A stretch of 63,797 nucleotides of DNA, the filler included, from Octopus bimaculoides (Eukaryota): assembly GCF_001194135.2 (NCBI RefSeq). It is 6 parts of 6 records of this genome, joined end to end, with 100 filler letters (N's around TTAATTAATTAA, not from the genome) between each part and the next. Parts side by side here need not be neighbours in the genome. Positions count along the whole stretch, not along the records: positions 1 to 30,862 come from NC_068999.1; 5 more parts are not named here. One strand, given 5' to 3'. The translations under genes and the position numbers were made by a program. The number at the start of each line of letters is the position of its first letter. Positions within the stretch are counted from its first letter, which is position 1. The notes beneath the pieces are model-generated. The model did no database searches and had not been told where the DNA came from. It saw only the letters and a list, made by a program, of their open reading frames with translations. Below are positions 1 to 12,279 of this stretch, piece after piece.

Positions 1-299
1 CATATATGTGTATACATATATATACAGGTATCTATAAAGAGAAAGAAATACATGCATATATGTGTATACATATATATATGCACGGGATGCATATATAGAC
101 AATTTCGGAGACAGAGAGTTTGTTAGATTCATACATAGGTACATTAAATACATACGCCTTTCATTTTAGTATACCAGAATTTCGATTGCATACTCTGTTT
201 CACAATCTATGAAAGCAATACTGAATGTAATATCTCTTCCTTATATATTTATTGTGTTCAAGGAAATATTAAATGTAGCAACATTTTCCCAGATGAGAT

Positions 300-1260
300 A
301 TATGACAACTTTTTACATATTCACATGGAAGATATGCTGCATGAATACGTTTAATATATTCTAAACTTAGCACATGGCAAATATAAAGACTCTACATTGC
401 TGACTGAATTGCCAGTATATGCGGTAGTGTCTTTGTGGTATCATACTCCTGTTTCTTGGAATGTCAGCAGATTAGTGAATATCACTCTAGATTCAGTATG
501 CATAATGGCATTAGATATAGTGTCATAAGTGATATATCTGCGTAAACAGGACTAAAAGAGGTTTAATGTACAACTCTGTAACCAACATTCATATCTTCCT
601 TATTTTTCCCAATATTACCGATAGTTATTTATGTTTATGTTTCCTTGTATTTAAAGTATAATGCATCCACATAAATCCCTGTACACATTTTCAATCGAAA
701 ACTTGTTGATCATTCTGATGAATCGTTGCTAATGATGAGTAATAAGCGCATTATTACAACTAAACATATTTTTTTACACTGTATCCATTGTTTCAAAATA
801 TTTGCTTAAAATGCTGATTTTCATATAACAAAAAAATCTGCTGTAGTGTTATTAAAATATTTATGAGTACATTAAATACGCTGATGTGATATTCAATTCG
901 ATCCGTCATTAAATGTAGCCCGATGAACAATACCATATAATGTAAATATTATATATTTTCATACATAATGGGTATCTCAAATAGCGAGAGTCGGAGAAGT
1001 GTTTCTGAAAAATACGGAACAGAAGAGCCAATTGTATAATAATATTAAGTTACATTTTAGCATAACATTATCATGAAAATGTAATATTAATAATCCATTA
1101 TTATAAAATCGACATATCTAAAGTAATTTGTGACAACTGATAAATACGTAAGCAGCAATATCTGCAACGTTTCCCATCGGGCATCTTTAGGAATAGATAC
1201 TTATTTATTATCTGATAATATATTAAATATATATAATGCATATAAGTCATGTACAGTATA
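300..1260 (-). pseudogene. Disabled copy 1 of the unidentified cluster family (LRR-like C-terminus)
   Basis: Manual minus-strand translation with stops and frameshifts gives YENIxIFTLYGIVHRATFN (~963-915), HISVFNVLINIL, K*LSVIL (~630), IFTNLLTFQETGV*YHK (~482-430) and SNVESLYLP (~400-375). These match, in order, YDRIQLFSLYVVHKGIMN, SISAFTDVYKRL and LWEEIDSMRQRGIMVKK of copy 3, and KELAVIL of copy 2. Confidence 0.55.
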
Positions 1261-2247
1261 CACAAGGTAATACAATTTGCAAATACCAGATTTATTATAT
1301 GAAATATATATATATATAAAAGTATATATAAAATATATTAAATCTAACAAAGATTTTTCACAAGAAAGTTATCAACGTCTTATTTGAATTTTTAAATATA
1401 TAATACACTTGAAACATGTTTGATATCTACAGTTCTCATTTTAGGTGCATGTATATTGTCACGCAATCTAATAGAAACAATAATTACATATTCTTGTTTA
1501 AACTAAACATGATTTTAAAAGGACGAAATGGACAATTGAAATTCAGATAGAGAATAAAAGCTCAATAAAAAAATGAGCTGCCTCGAAAATATAAGATCTT
1601 TCCATAAATAGGAGAGAAAACAATAAATTAGCTTTTCTATGATCTCTAACAGTTTTTACTAATTGCAACGACATATTTTTTCGTTGAATTTTGCACCTAT
1701 ACATTCATCTCAATTCATCTACTAATTATTCATCTACGAATTTATCCTAATCCTGCATAAAATTGCGAAGACTAAGAGGCATGCAAATATTCTTCCAAAT
1801 ATTCCTTATATTGAATTAGATTGTAAATCGCCGGAATGAAATAGACGAAATGTAAATGTAGAGCATCGGAATATCGATTAAGAAAAAAAAAATGCGTCTT
1901 TATTTTCTTCTTTGGCTTTTTAAAATACTGCTATCCATAGTGGCCTTAAATGCCGGACAATGCACAGGCAACAATAAAATTAAAAAATGCCATGTTATTA
2001 TAATGTTCTTTAGAAATCATGTATTCAGAATAAATACTGTAATATTTCAATTCTATATATTGTGCTGTCAATGCATATTTAGAATAGATAATATTTAATA
2101 GCCTCACATTATACATAAATTTATATATGTGGATATGTACATGTGTATATAAACATACAGATATGCAGATACAAAACACATATACATCGATACATGCCTA
2201 TATGCATGCATATGTGTATTAGTATGGATGCACATTGAAATTGCCAA

Positions 2248-2345
2248 ATAATTTACAAATTATTTTCCGTTTTTAGCTCGATGTGTAATGCAGAGGTGAA
2301 GGAAAGTGTCATTTGTAAAATTGTGTGTCAAGTGGAAGACAATGG
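2248..2345 (+). pseudogene. Tentative short fragment of the same family
   Basis: IIYKLFSVFSSMCNAEV resembles GIYEKLFSVL of copy 4. The match is short and its flanks are obscured by microsatellite. Confidence 0.3.
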
Positions 2346-2505
2346 TAAAGATTAATATATGTACGTATATGCAAACATATACATACTTACATAAATGCAG
2401 TCATACAAATACGTATACTCCTCACACATTTAGTGGCACACGTGCACACACACTCATGTACCTACGCATGCACACACATATAAACATAGATAGATTGATA
2501 GATGA

Positions 2506-2542
<37 letters not shown>

Positions 2543-3399
2543 AAAAGAAGGCACTACATTTGAATAATTACAACAGATCTCACTTTAAGAAAGGAATGTA
2601 TTTCTTATCTTACTTAAATGAATATTTCATTACAATGAAATGCTATATACGGAAGCAAATCAGCAAGATATTTATTGAATTCTTATGGTCATACAAATGC
2701 AGTTATATAAGAACTAGTATTTCAAGAGTATGTTCTGTATATCAACGTTTGCTAAAAGTAAATATGGAGATTGCTGGATATTGTATTTATATTCTTCGGT
2801 TACACTTGTAAACTATTTTTTGAATGGTTTAATGAAAAGAAGCGTCTAGAAATAGTGTGTAGAGAACATTAATCCACCCTGAAGCGATGGTATACGAAAA
2901 CGTTAAAGTTGTATAAGTTAAGTTTTATACAAACTAGGATTAAATTTTCATTTGAGAGCAATGAATTTCTACGCCATTAAGCGAGGTTGGAAAGAATATG
3001 GAGGAATCATCCACACAGGATACTTCATATTCACATTTTCGATTTGGTAACCAAGGTACAGGTAATCTTGAAGTACTAAAACTAGAGAAAAACACTCGAT
3101 TGCACGGCATTCATGCAAATTCCAAAGGCAGTCGTGGACCTATGCAATACAATCAAGTTAATGCTTATAACACATAATGAAAAGCATGCGTATAAACTAT
3201 TTTTCTCAATGATACTTTTGGTATTAGCTCTTGTGGTGGTTATGTGGTCGCATTGAAGGAAACTCGTTCCGCTGTTCTCATAAGAGTAATAACTATTCCG
3301 AAATTCGACTCAGAGGTAACTACCACATGGTTTTCATCATAAAAGGTGTCATATTTCTTTTAGTGTTAATTTTATGAAAATTGAAATCTCAACAAAATT

Positions 3400-3968
3400 C
3401 CAAACGTTTGTCCTCCGGGTTGTTTCTTTCCAGATATTCTGCCTAGTTCGTAGTTAGACGTTGCCAATGACGTAACTCCTATTGGCAATAAACTGGAAAT
3501 ACCTTTTTTGTGATCAGCGAATTGGCATAGTGTTTTCTGATGTTTACTTAAAAATATGCTTTACCAGGAAGGCAATAATATTCAAATTCTCTTGAAAGTA
3601 TGACTATCACAAAGAAACACCATATGTTTTGCATGGATATTTGGAGAACAAACAACACATTGCAGATTTCAGCAAATATACGAGTGACAAATGGAGATTA
3701 TGTATGTAGATGCCTGTTTTGTGCAGAGAATAAGTTCATTTAATACTACAAATATATGAGCCATTTTCATGACCCAAAGTGTGTGGAAGTCTGGAAGAAA
3801 CATTAGAATGTCAGTAAACAACTTTATAATATCCATTTTCGTAGTTTGTTTCACGTTTCGAGCCCACGCGTAATCAGTAAAATGACATACATGCAACCCC
3901 GAAAGTTGATCGACCAATAAAGACAATATAACGGCAAGTTCCTTTCTCCCAAACAATGGATAAGACAC
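3400..3968 (-). pseudogene. Disabled copy 2 of the cluster family
   Basis: ORF 3669-3968 contains DILMFLPDFHTLW, which aligns without gaps to DVTLFLPIFSSFW of copy 4, and LNELILCTKQASTYIISI, which aligns to LWEEIDSMRQRGIMVKK(I) of copy 3. The same frame continues past three stops to IFLSKHQKTL...LLPIG. The 5' part runs towards an assembly gap. Confidence 0.65.
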
Positions 3969-5098
3969 ACATCAATGACTGACATTTACTGTTCAACCAA
4001 ACGTATTTCTTCTAATCTTGAAAGATGAAACGATTCCACGTAATTTCATTAGTTCAGCTTCGGGGAAAAATCAATAATATGTAACTTATTAAACTAGTTT
4101 AGGTCGCAATTAATCCACCCTTAGAACATTGCAGGGGGGGGGGGTATGGATACATGTGCAATAAGGAATATTCTGATAATTAAACCAACAAGAANNNNNN
4201 NNNNNNNNNNNNNNNNNNNNNNNNNNNNNNNNNNNNNNNNNNNNNNNNNNNNNNNNNNNNNNNNNNNNNNNNNNNNNNNNNNNNNNNNNNNNNNNNNNNN
4301 NNNNNNNNNNNNNNNNNNNNNNNNNNNNNNNNNNNNNNNNNNNNNNNNNNNNNNNNNNNNNNNNNNNNNNNNNNNNNNNNNNNNNNNNNNNNNNNNNNNN
4401 NNNNNNNNNNNNNNNNNNNNNNNNNNNNNNNNNNNNNNNNNNNNNNNNNNNNNNNNNNNNNNNNNNNNNNNNNNNNNNNNNNNNNNNNNNNNNNNNNNNN
4501 NNNNNNNNNNNNNNNNNNNNNNNNNNNNNNNNNNNNNNNNNNNNNNNNNNNNNNNNNNNNNNNNNNNNNNNNNNNNNNNNNNNNNNNNNNNNNNNNNNNN
4601 NNNNNNNNNNNNNNNNNNNNNNNNNNNNNNNNNNNNNNNNNNNNNNNNNNNNNNNNNNNNNNNNNNNNNNNNNNNNNNNNNNNNNNNNNNNNNNNNNNNN
4701 NNNNNNNNNNNNNNNNNNNNNNNNNNNNNNNNNNNNNNNNNNNNNNNNNNNNNNNNNNNNNNNNNNNNNNNNNNNNNNNNNNNNNNNNNNNNNNNNNNNN
4801 NNNNNNNNNNNNNNNNNNNNNNNNNNNNNNNNNNNNNNNNNNNNNNNNNNNNNNNNNNNNNNNNNNNNNNNNNNNNNNNNNNNNNNNNNNNNNNNNNNNN
4901 NNNNNNNNNNNNNNNNNNNNNNNNNNNNNNNNNNNNNNNNNNNNNNNNNNNNNNNNNNNNNNNNNNNNNNNNNNNNNNNNNNNNNNNNNNNNNNNNNNNN
5001 NNNNNNNNNNNNNNNNNNNNTGTACGGGTGGAGAGATATATAGCATAGTAAAAGAGGGTGAGGAATGGAGGGAAAAGTGAGAGCGATAGAGAGAGATA

Positions 5099-5144
<46 letters not shown>

Positions 5145-5711
5145 GTTCTGTGTATGTGAGTTTTTGTATTGGTGTGTGTGTGCGTGTGTGTGCCTGTGTA
5201 TCTGAATGGAGTGTCAATGGGAGACAGAAGGAAAATTGTTTTTAGAGCTAGTCAGTTCTTTCAATAAGTTTATTCTGGGCTTTTTAAAAATGGCAAAACC
5301 AGGTGACAACGTTTGGAAGAAAGTTTGTTTCAAAAAGTTGGCATCATTGTTCAGTGGAAGAGAGTGTGTGGGTGTGTTTGTGGGTGCGTGTGTGAGTGTG
5401 TGTGTGCGTGTGCGTCTATCTGTGTATCTGAAAGGAGTGTCAATGTAAAATAGAAGGGAAGGAAGAAAGGAAGAAGAAGGAATAGTGTTTACATCTATAC
5501 AGCTGGTTAGTTCAAAAATGGTAGGAGAGAAATATGAGAACCAAGCGAATTGGGTTCAATTCTAGTTGGCCATTTTAAAAGGTGCAGAATAATCTGGGCA
5601 GCTGCAAACACAATTTTCTTCTTTCTTCTCTCACCTTCCCTTCTCTTTCCCATTGACACTCCTTTCAGATATACAGGCACACACACATATGCACACGCAC
5701 ACACACACACA

Positions 5712-5760
<49 letters not shown>

Positions 5761-5959
5761 AACTGGGACAATGATATTTGACTTTCTGATTTCATGCTAC
5801 TGGTTATTGTAATGGATTCTTTGAGTATCAGATTTTCTAGCTATATATGGCAATGTCTTGTCTTTCATTTCATTTTCTCTTTCTTATTTTTGCTATACTG
5901 GTCCCCTCATTACATTTGCTTTATGGTGAGGCGTTTTAAATTTTATCTAAATTTATATT

Positions 5960-6500
5960 TATACAGTAGAATTTGTCAACCAACTTACCGTCGTGAAGTT
6001 TTAGTTGCCCATAAACGACTTGCTTTGAAATTTTCTCATAATCCATTCGCAAAACGTAACCACACCACTTTAGCTGAGTCTTTATTAATGAAGTTTGTGC
6101 GCTAGAGAAAATACATACGAACAAAATACTATTGTCGCTAAATCTATCATTCGATTTTATTTCGTTTATTTGACTCAGGCGCATTATATGAAAAATATTT
6201 AATTCATTAATATTTTCCAGTCGGGAGTCGAAGGCTTTGCCACGTACAAGAGAACTTGACGATGATTTTTTTTTATAGATTTCAAGTTCTATCTGAATAG
6301 AGATGTAAGTCTCTGTTACAGTTCACCAAATTTGAACATGCATTTTATTTACGTGTGTGGGCTTCTTTATCCACCTTAGCCTCGTTTGTCACATTAAATC
6401 CTAAAGAGGTGAAAGAGCTGACTTCTTTTAGATCTTTTTCCTCTAAAATCAATATAGTCATATTCTTTGGATTTTGCCGAGAATGAGCTAGAAAAGAAAT
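5960..6500 (-). mobile_element. Decayed RTE-clade LINE, 3' part of ORF2
   Basis: EEKDLKEVSSFTSLGFNVTNEAKVDKE (late RT) and QLKWCGYVLRMDYEKISKQVVYGQL (the RTE-type QLRWxGHVxRM...PKQxLYGEL C-terminus). Confidence 0.7.
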
Positions 6501-6856
6501 CACATGGTGTTTCACAATAAATTGCAAATTAGCTGAGTAATAAAACTAGTTTGACTGTGAAGTAGTTTGAAGAGAGAAAGGAAAATGTTATATTCTTATT
6601 AATGGAAGATATATCTATCTTCAAAAACATAATTTGCGAACATAGTTTTCTGGAACCACCCAGGTCTCCTAGATACGTGCGCAAATATATATCTTCTTTA
6701 GCCAATGACGGAAGCCATTTAAATTGACAGCTTACTGCATAATGTAATCTTCCACGAAAAATTCTGTTTTTCTGTCTGCACCCACTCTACCATCTCTCTC
6801 TAGGTATGTATACATACATATACATATACACACGTATATATATGCACACACCCACA

Positions 6857-6941
<85 letters not shown>

Positions 6942-7009
6942 CACAGGATCCCCTGTCGAAGGTGACGTATGAGCCTTCACCTTTAACCGAATACGACATG
7001 CGCAAATGA

Positions 7010-7230
7010 TTTGTTTATTGCAATCAAAAGAACGTGCCGCACATTAACTCACTTTCTCCGTCAAATAACGGTTGTCTTATCAACTTCACAGTGTACCACG
7101 CGTCAGGTGCCGTGGTGATCGCAAAGCTACATGAGGTGAAGTGCTATGTTCGAAAACAGAGTACACCATCCCGTCTAGGAACTGAAATCATGATCCAGAG
7201 ATCGTGAGTGCATCATATTAACGATTAAGT
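7010..7230 (-). mobile_element. tRNA-derived SINE, family C (decayed)
   Basis: The reverse complement has a tRNA-like head related to the copies at 8445-8660 and 58926-59035. Confidence 0.4.
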
Positions 7231-7805
7231 CAAAAACAGATATTTGCTGAGAATTTTATTAACTGTATAATTGAACATAAAGAGATACGTGCTTATAATT
7301 GTATTACTTTTCTGAAATTTAAACAATTTACATCCATGTTGTTCGTCAGTACTCTACACCCAGTAAATATTTACATTATACTTTCGCACATAATCAACAT
7401 GATTTGCTCATCTTAATAGTTTATTTGTGTTTCGCCCATGGGTTAAGCATACATCGTCCCCATTGTGTCTGCATTTAAACTTTCTGATCCGTGAGTTAAT
7501 TACGTGTTCATGATTTATTTATCATTGAATATTTTTTTTGTAAATAATGTCAGTTTTAAGTCGCTTAAATGAACCTCTCTTTAAATTGCTTTGAGTAAAC
7601 CTCCCTTTAACAAAATAATAAAAATTTAGAATACATTGCTATTATTGATACATTACTATTATAATTTATCGTAACAGAAATTCGCACATTAAACGACGAA
7701 AACTGTAAATATCTCCTACGGTATGAGATCTCACGGATCAGAAAGCTCAAAAGTAAACGCGCTGAGCACGATATACGGTTAAGTTGTGATGTGCAAAGTA
7801 TGTTA

Positions 7806-7889
7806 CTTTCAATAATGACCACTTCGTAATGTATTAGTGAAAGTGTAACTTCAATAATGATCACTTCGGAATATATAAGTGAAAGTGTA
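7806..7889. repeat. 42-bp tandem duplication (2 units)
   Basis: TTCAATAATGA(C/T)CACTTCG...AGTGAAAGTGTAA recurs at 7808 and 7850. Confidence 0.85.
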
Positions 7890-7949
7890 ATGTAACCATT
7901 TACTGGGAGTATAGTACTGACAAGCAACATCAATGTAAATTGCTTATAC

Positions 7950-8158
7950 TCTTTACTCTTTTTACCCTTTTACTTGTTTCAGTCATTTGACTGCGGCCAT
8001 GTTGGAGCAGCTCCTTTAGTCCGAGCAAATCGACCCCAAGACTTATTCATTGTGAGGCTAGTACTTATTCCAATCTATTTTGCAGAGCCGCTAAGTTACG
8101 GGGACAAACACAGACACACAAACACAGACGCACACACACCCACACACACATACACACG

Positions 8159-8223
<65 letters not shown>

Positions 8224-8365
8224 GACGGGCCTCTTTCAGTTTCCGTCTACCAAATCCACTCACAAGGCTTTGGTCGGCCCGAGACCACAGTAGGAGACAC
8301 TTGCCCAAAGTTCCACGTAGTGGGACTAAACCCGGAACCATGTGATTGGTAAGCAAGCTACTTAT
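7950..8365 (-). mobile_element. tRNA-derived SINE, family A (octopus OK-like), CpG-intact
   Basis: The reverse complement has a head with B-box-like GGTTTAGTCC, a body ...GGTAGACGGAAACTGAAAGAGGCCCGTCG, an internal (TA)n/(TG)n tract and a TGAAACAAGTAAAAG tail. About a dozen related copies lie in the window. Confidence 0.8.
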
Positions 8366-8444
8366 TGAAGAAATGTTTTTAAAATTATAAGCAAGTATCT
8401 CTTTATGTTCATTTATACAGTTAAAACAATTCTGGGCAACGATC

Positions 8445-8660
8445 TGTTTATTGCTTAATGGTTAGAATGTTGCACTGACAATCGTTAGATCGTGACTTCA
8501 ATTCCCAGAACAGATGCTGTGCTCTGTCCTTGAGCAAAACGCTGCATCTAAAGTTATTCTACGTTCACTTCGACAGCAGACGCGTGGTATACCCGCGCAC
8601 ATGTTCAGACAACGTGGATTTGATGCGGAAAGTGAGCTAATGTGGGAAACGAACGTACCG
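8445..8660 (+). mobile_element. tRNA-derived SINE, family C (decayed)
   Basis: TAATGGTTAGAATGTT...GACTTCAATTCCC...TCCTTGAGCAAAACGC shows A/B-box-like motifs and the CTTGAGCAA core also seen at 58926-59035. Confidence 0.5.
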
Positions 8661-9202
8661 AAACTATAATATTGATTCTTTTTATACTCACGGAGAATTT
8701 ACAAAAATAAATTTACTTTCTAATATACAGAGAACACAATTAAAAGTACACATCAAAATTTGAAATTTCGATGTCAAATTTGGAAGTGGATTGGCGTGCA
8801 AAATGTAAATTAGTATCCCTTATAAAATATCTAGTTAAGATGTATATTTCTGGTTTATATCTACTTATAAGATACATTACCAAACTTGTATAAACACGAG
8901 TGAGGCTTCATACGCTTTACGCTATGTTGTGATTCTGTTTTCAATCAAAATCTGAGATATATTACATGCTGAAGTATATTCTCGAAAAATCAAGTTTGGC
9001 CTAAATAAATAACACTCAGATCGGTTTGCAAATATAGGCAAATGATAGTTAAACTTCCACAAAATGGATGTTGCCATGAATACAACACCGACATACACAC
9101 GCACACACACACACACATATATATATAGACATAGATATGTATGTATATATACACATATATACATATGTATCTATGTATGCTTATATCTACATGTATATGT
9201 AT

Positions 9203-9294
<92 letters not shown>

Positions 9295-9619
9295 GAGAAA
9301 CACTCACGTTTATATGAGCATTTACTTTAAACTATCAGAAATCTACACAGTGTTGCTTATGAACGTAACGAATTAGAATTGGAGATCTCTGCATGCATTT
9401 AAGGTTCCCTGCAGTAATTACGTTTAACGACTGGAGAAGTAGGGTTTCTTTCGAGTGCTCTTAACATTAACGTGGTATTCCAACAATGCCTTTTAGAAAA
9501 AAATCTTTCTTATGAGAATCTCAGGTGTATATGCGCTTATTGCTACGTTATTTAATCATACACGTAAATATACAGCCTGTCTTCAACACTCCAGTAATCC
9601 TTTACATCATTCTAGCAGT

Positions 9620-10800
9620 GAATTCAGGTTCAATGCCAGTAATTCTCACAATTTCAAGTATTGTATTGAAGCAAGTTTTTTTAATGTAGAAACATATGAA
9701 TCTTTGAAAGAAATATCATTCCTGCAATAATCAGAATAACAGAATGTGGTGAAATATGCCCAGGTATTGGCATGTACAATTATTCAACATAATAACATTT
9801 TACATTGTATAGCACAAATATCTTGCTGCTTAGAAACTGAGCAATCTCCAAATTCGGTTTGTACAAGTTTCCAAAATAATTTGAATTAGCAAACGACTTT
9901 ATGCGTACCACATGTCTCAACATTTCACATTTGAGTGTTTTAAATATTGCAACAATGCATTGTATTTCTCTTCATCCATGTAGTATGGACCCCATGTATT
10001 CATTGTTATTTTTTAACCATGATACCTCTTTGTCTCATTGAATCAATTTCTTCCCATAACCGCAACCTCAAGATTAAGATTCATCTTTCCATTTTGGTAT
10101 CATAAGAAGAAAAACCTCTGGTGAATATGACCATGCTAATTTGGCTAAGGAATATTCAATCTGAAGTCCATTTAGGAATTGAACCTATTGCCTTTGTATG
10201 TAGGACTATGAAAACCGTCCCTTTCGATACCATTTAAATTTTCCGGCTCTGCAGAAAAACATATGCAGAGATGTATATTCTGTGGATCAGTTAATGGAAA
10301 TCTTATACCATATAAAATAAATACTAAGCGATAGACACAGCACACTCCCCAAGAAAAACATCAATACCAACTCGCAAAATCCTTCACAAATTCTATGAAA
10401 TAGTTCATACGTGGATGAAATGAGTGAGTTGTCTCTCACAGCCGTTTATATACATCTGTAAAAGCGGAAATGGATTTCCTATTCATAATTCCTTTATGAA
10501 CTACATATAATGAAAAAAGTTGAATTCTATCGTACAAAGTATCACTGACAATGTTTTTTTATCCCGCATGTTGATTCTTATTAAATACATCGTTGTTATT
10601 TTTTTCGTTTCTGTCAGTGGTCATTTTTTGGGGGCCTGCTGATATGCGCAGTTATTCAATTTCATATATTGTAGGCGTCAGTTTTTGCGTTTCTCTATTT
10701 TGGTGCTACGGTGTTAATTATCTATAAGTACTACTTACATATTGCAGGAAAAATGAACTTACTGAGAATAATATAAAGTGGCATGAATGCAGGCATATAT
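9620..10800 (-). pseudogene. Disabled copy 3 of the cluster family
   Basis: With frameshifts it reads TLYDRIQLFSLYVVHKGIMNRKSISAFTDVYKRL (~10535), VQFLNG...SLAKLAWSYSPEVFLLMIPKW, LWEEIDSMRQRGIMVKK (10059-10009), MNTWGPYYMDEEKYNALLQYL, LEIAQFLSSKIFV, VE*LYMPIPGHI (~9770) and an LRR-like LASIQYLKL. Confidence 0.65.
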
Positions 10801-12279
10801 TTATCAGAAATCATATCGAGTATCAGTCAGGAAACTGATTTAATTTAAATAATGGTACACATGCTATATGTCCATGACTATTTTAACAAATAATACCTAG
10901 TCACAAAACTGTAATGTTTCTTGACATTTCACAAATATTTCTTTGTTATTAAGAACGAGGTAACATAAATTATTTTTTGAATCTTCTTTGGATTCGAATG
11001 TGAAACGTTTCAACAAATTTCAGTGTAGTTACCAAACCTTTAAAACGAAATAGGTGTGTGTATGTGTGCGCGTGTTGGAGTGTGTAAATGTGTGTGTGTA
11101 CGACACGGTGTGTCATGATAATTTTGCCCCGTTCCAATTTACGTCACTGAGATATAAAACATGTAGGTGAGTTGAAATCTACCGAGCAGCATATTTGCTT
11201 CACGGCGATTTTATCTACGTGCATGTACACCCACATACACACGCGTACGTATATATACGCACAGACAGAAACAAGCACGCACACTCTCGCAGCAACAATA
11301 TCACACACATCCATACACACGCACCCGCGCTCAAAACATGATCACGCACGCACTCGCGCATATTCCCCCGCACACACACAGAGCCATAGAGACATGTCTG
11401 TTCTTTTTATGTATACATAACATTTTGCCCCAGGTATAACTATGCTTTCATTCATAACTTTAGAATATTAGTTGAGAATAGAGGTGTTTGCCAAGTCTTG
11501 AATTTCGAATTAGTTCGTTCTATATTATTATGTTAGTATTGTAGAACGTGTATTACAATCGAAGTTGTTACATCACGTGTACTGGAGATTCCAAAGAGAT
11601 ATCCATGCATTCACGCAACAAGGATCATGCATAGTGTATCACAAATAAATGTTATGGGTAGAATTATAATAAATAGGATATCATCACATACATTTCTGAA
11701 ATCGTATTTTCATATATCTTGATGTATTGAACATTCTCTGCTCAATAGCTTTTATATGTTGCATGCGGTTGCATCAAAACTCTTTCTGAGAAAATATAGC
11801 AGGTACATAGACAATTATTTTACAGAATAAGTTAATCTATTTAACACATATCCTTATTGTACACGTTAAAAAGACTTATATTTCTTTCAAGTTTGGATAA
11901 ACAAATACCTCTGAAAATTCCCCCACAATTTTCTTTCTTTTAAAGTCAGAGGACCTACAATCTTGGTCGATAGCTTGATTACATCGACATGTCCATTTCA
12001 TTGACATCAGTGGCTCACTTGTCTTTATTTAATCTATCCTGAAATGATGAGGTGCTAGATAGATCTCGGCGAAATTTTCACTCAGAACAAAAAGAGGGAC
12101 AAGATGGCGCTAAGCGTTTTTTTGGCTTGTTAACGATGCTAGCAGCTCACCGCCTTATCGACGTCCCGAATATATTAATTATGTAACAACCACAGCTTGG
12201 CCAGAGTGATATGTATGAGAATTACATCATTATTTTGAGAATGATTACGGATCTTCCCAAAGATTTCTTTATTGAAACG

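Noticed and set aside
148-528. Plus-strand near-open frame with three N-glycosylation sequons
   Set aside because: It has an internal stop and no start, and is antisense to copy 1, whose motifs match paralogs on the minus strand.
4146-5217. Long ORFs of 240-345 aa in the track (also 24297-25052 and 44608-45459)
   Set aside because: They are open only because they run through N gaps.
6732-7009. Many YIYI, HTHT, CVCV, poly-L and poly-I ORFs throughout the window
   Set aside because: They are translations of (AT)n, (AC)n and trinucleotide microsatellites.
11138-11172. CRE-like TTACGTCA, TATAAAA and GTGAGT in close succession as a promoter
   Set aside because: The donor would precede the expected transcription start, and such short motifs are expected by chance in AT-rich DNA.
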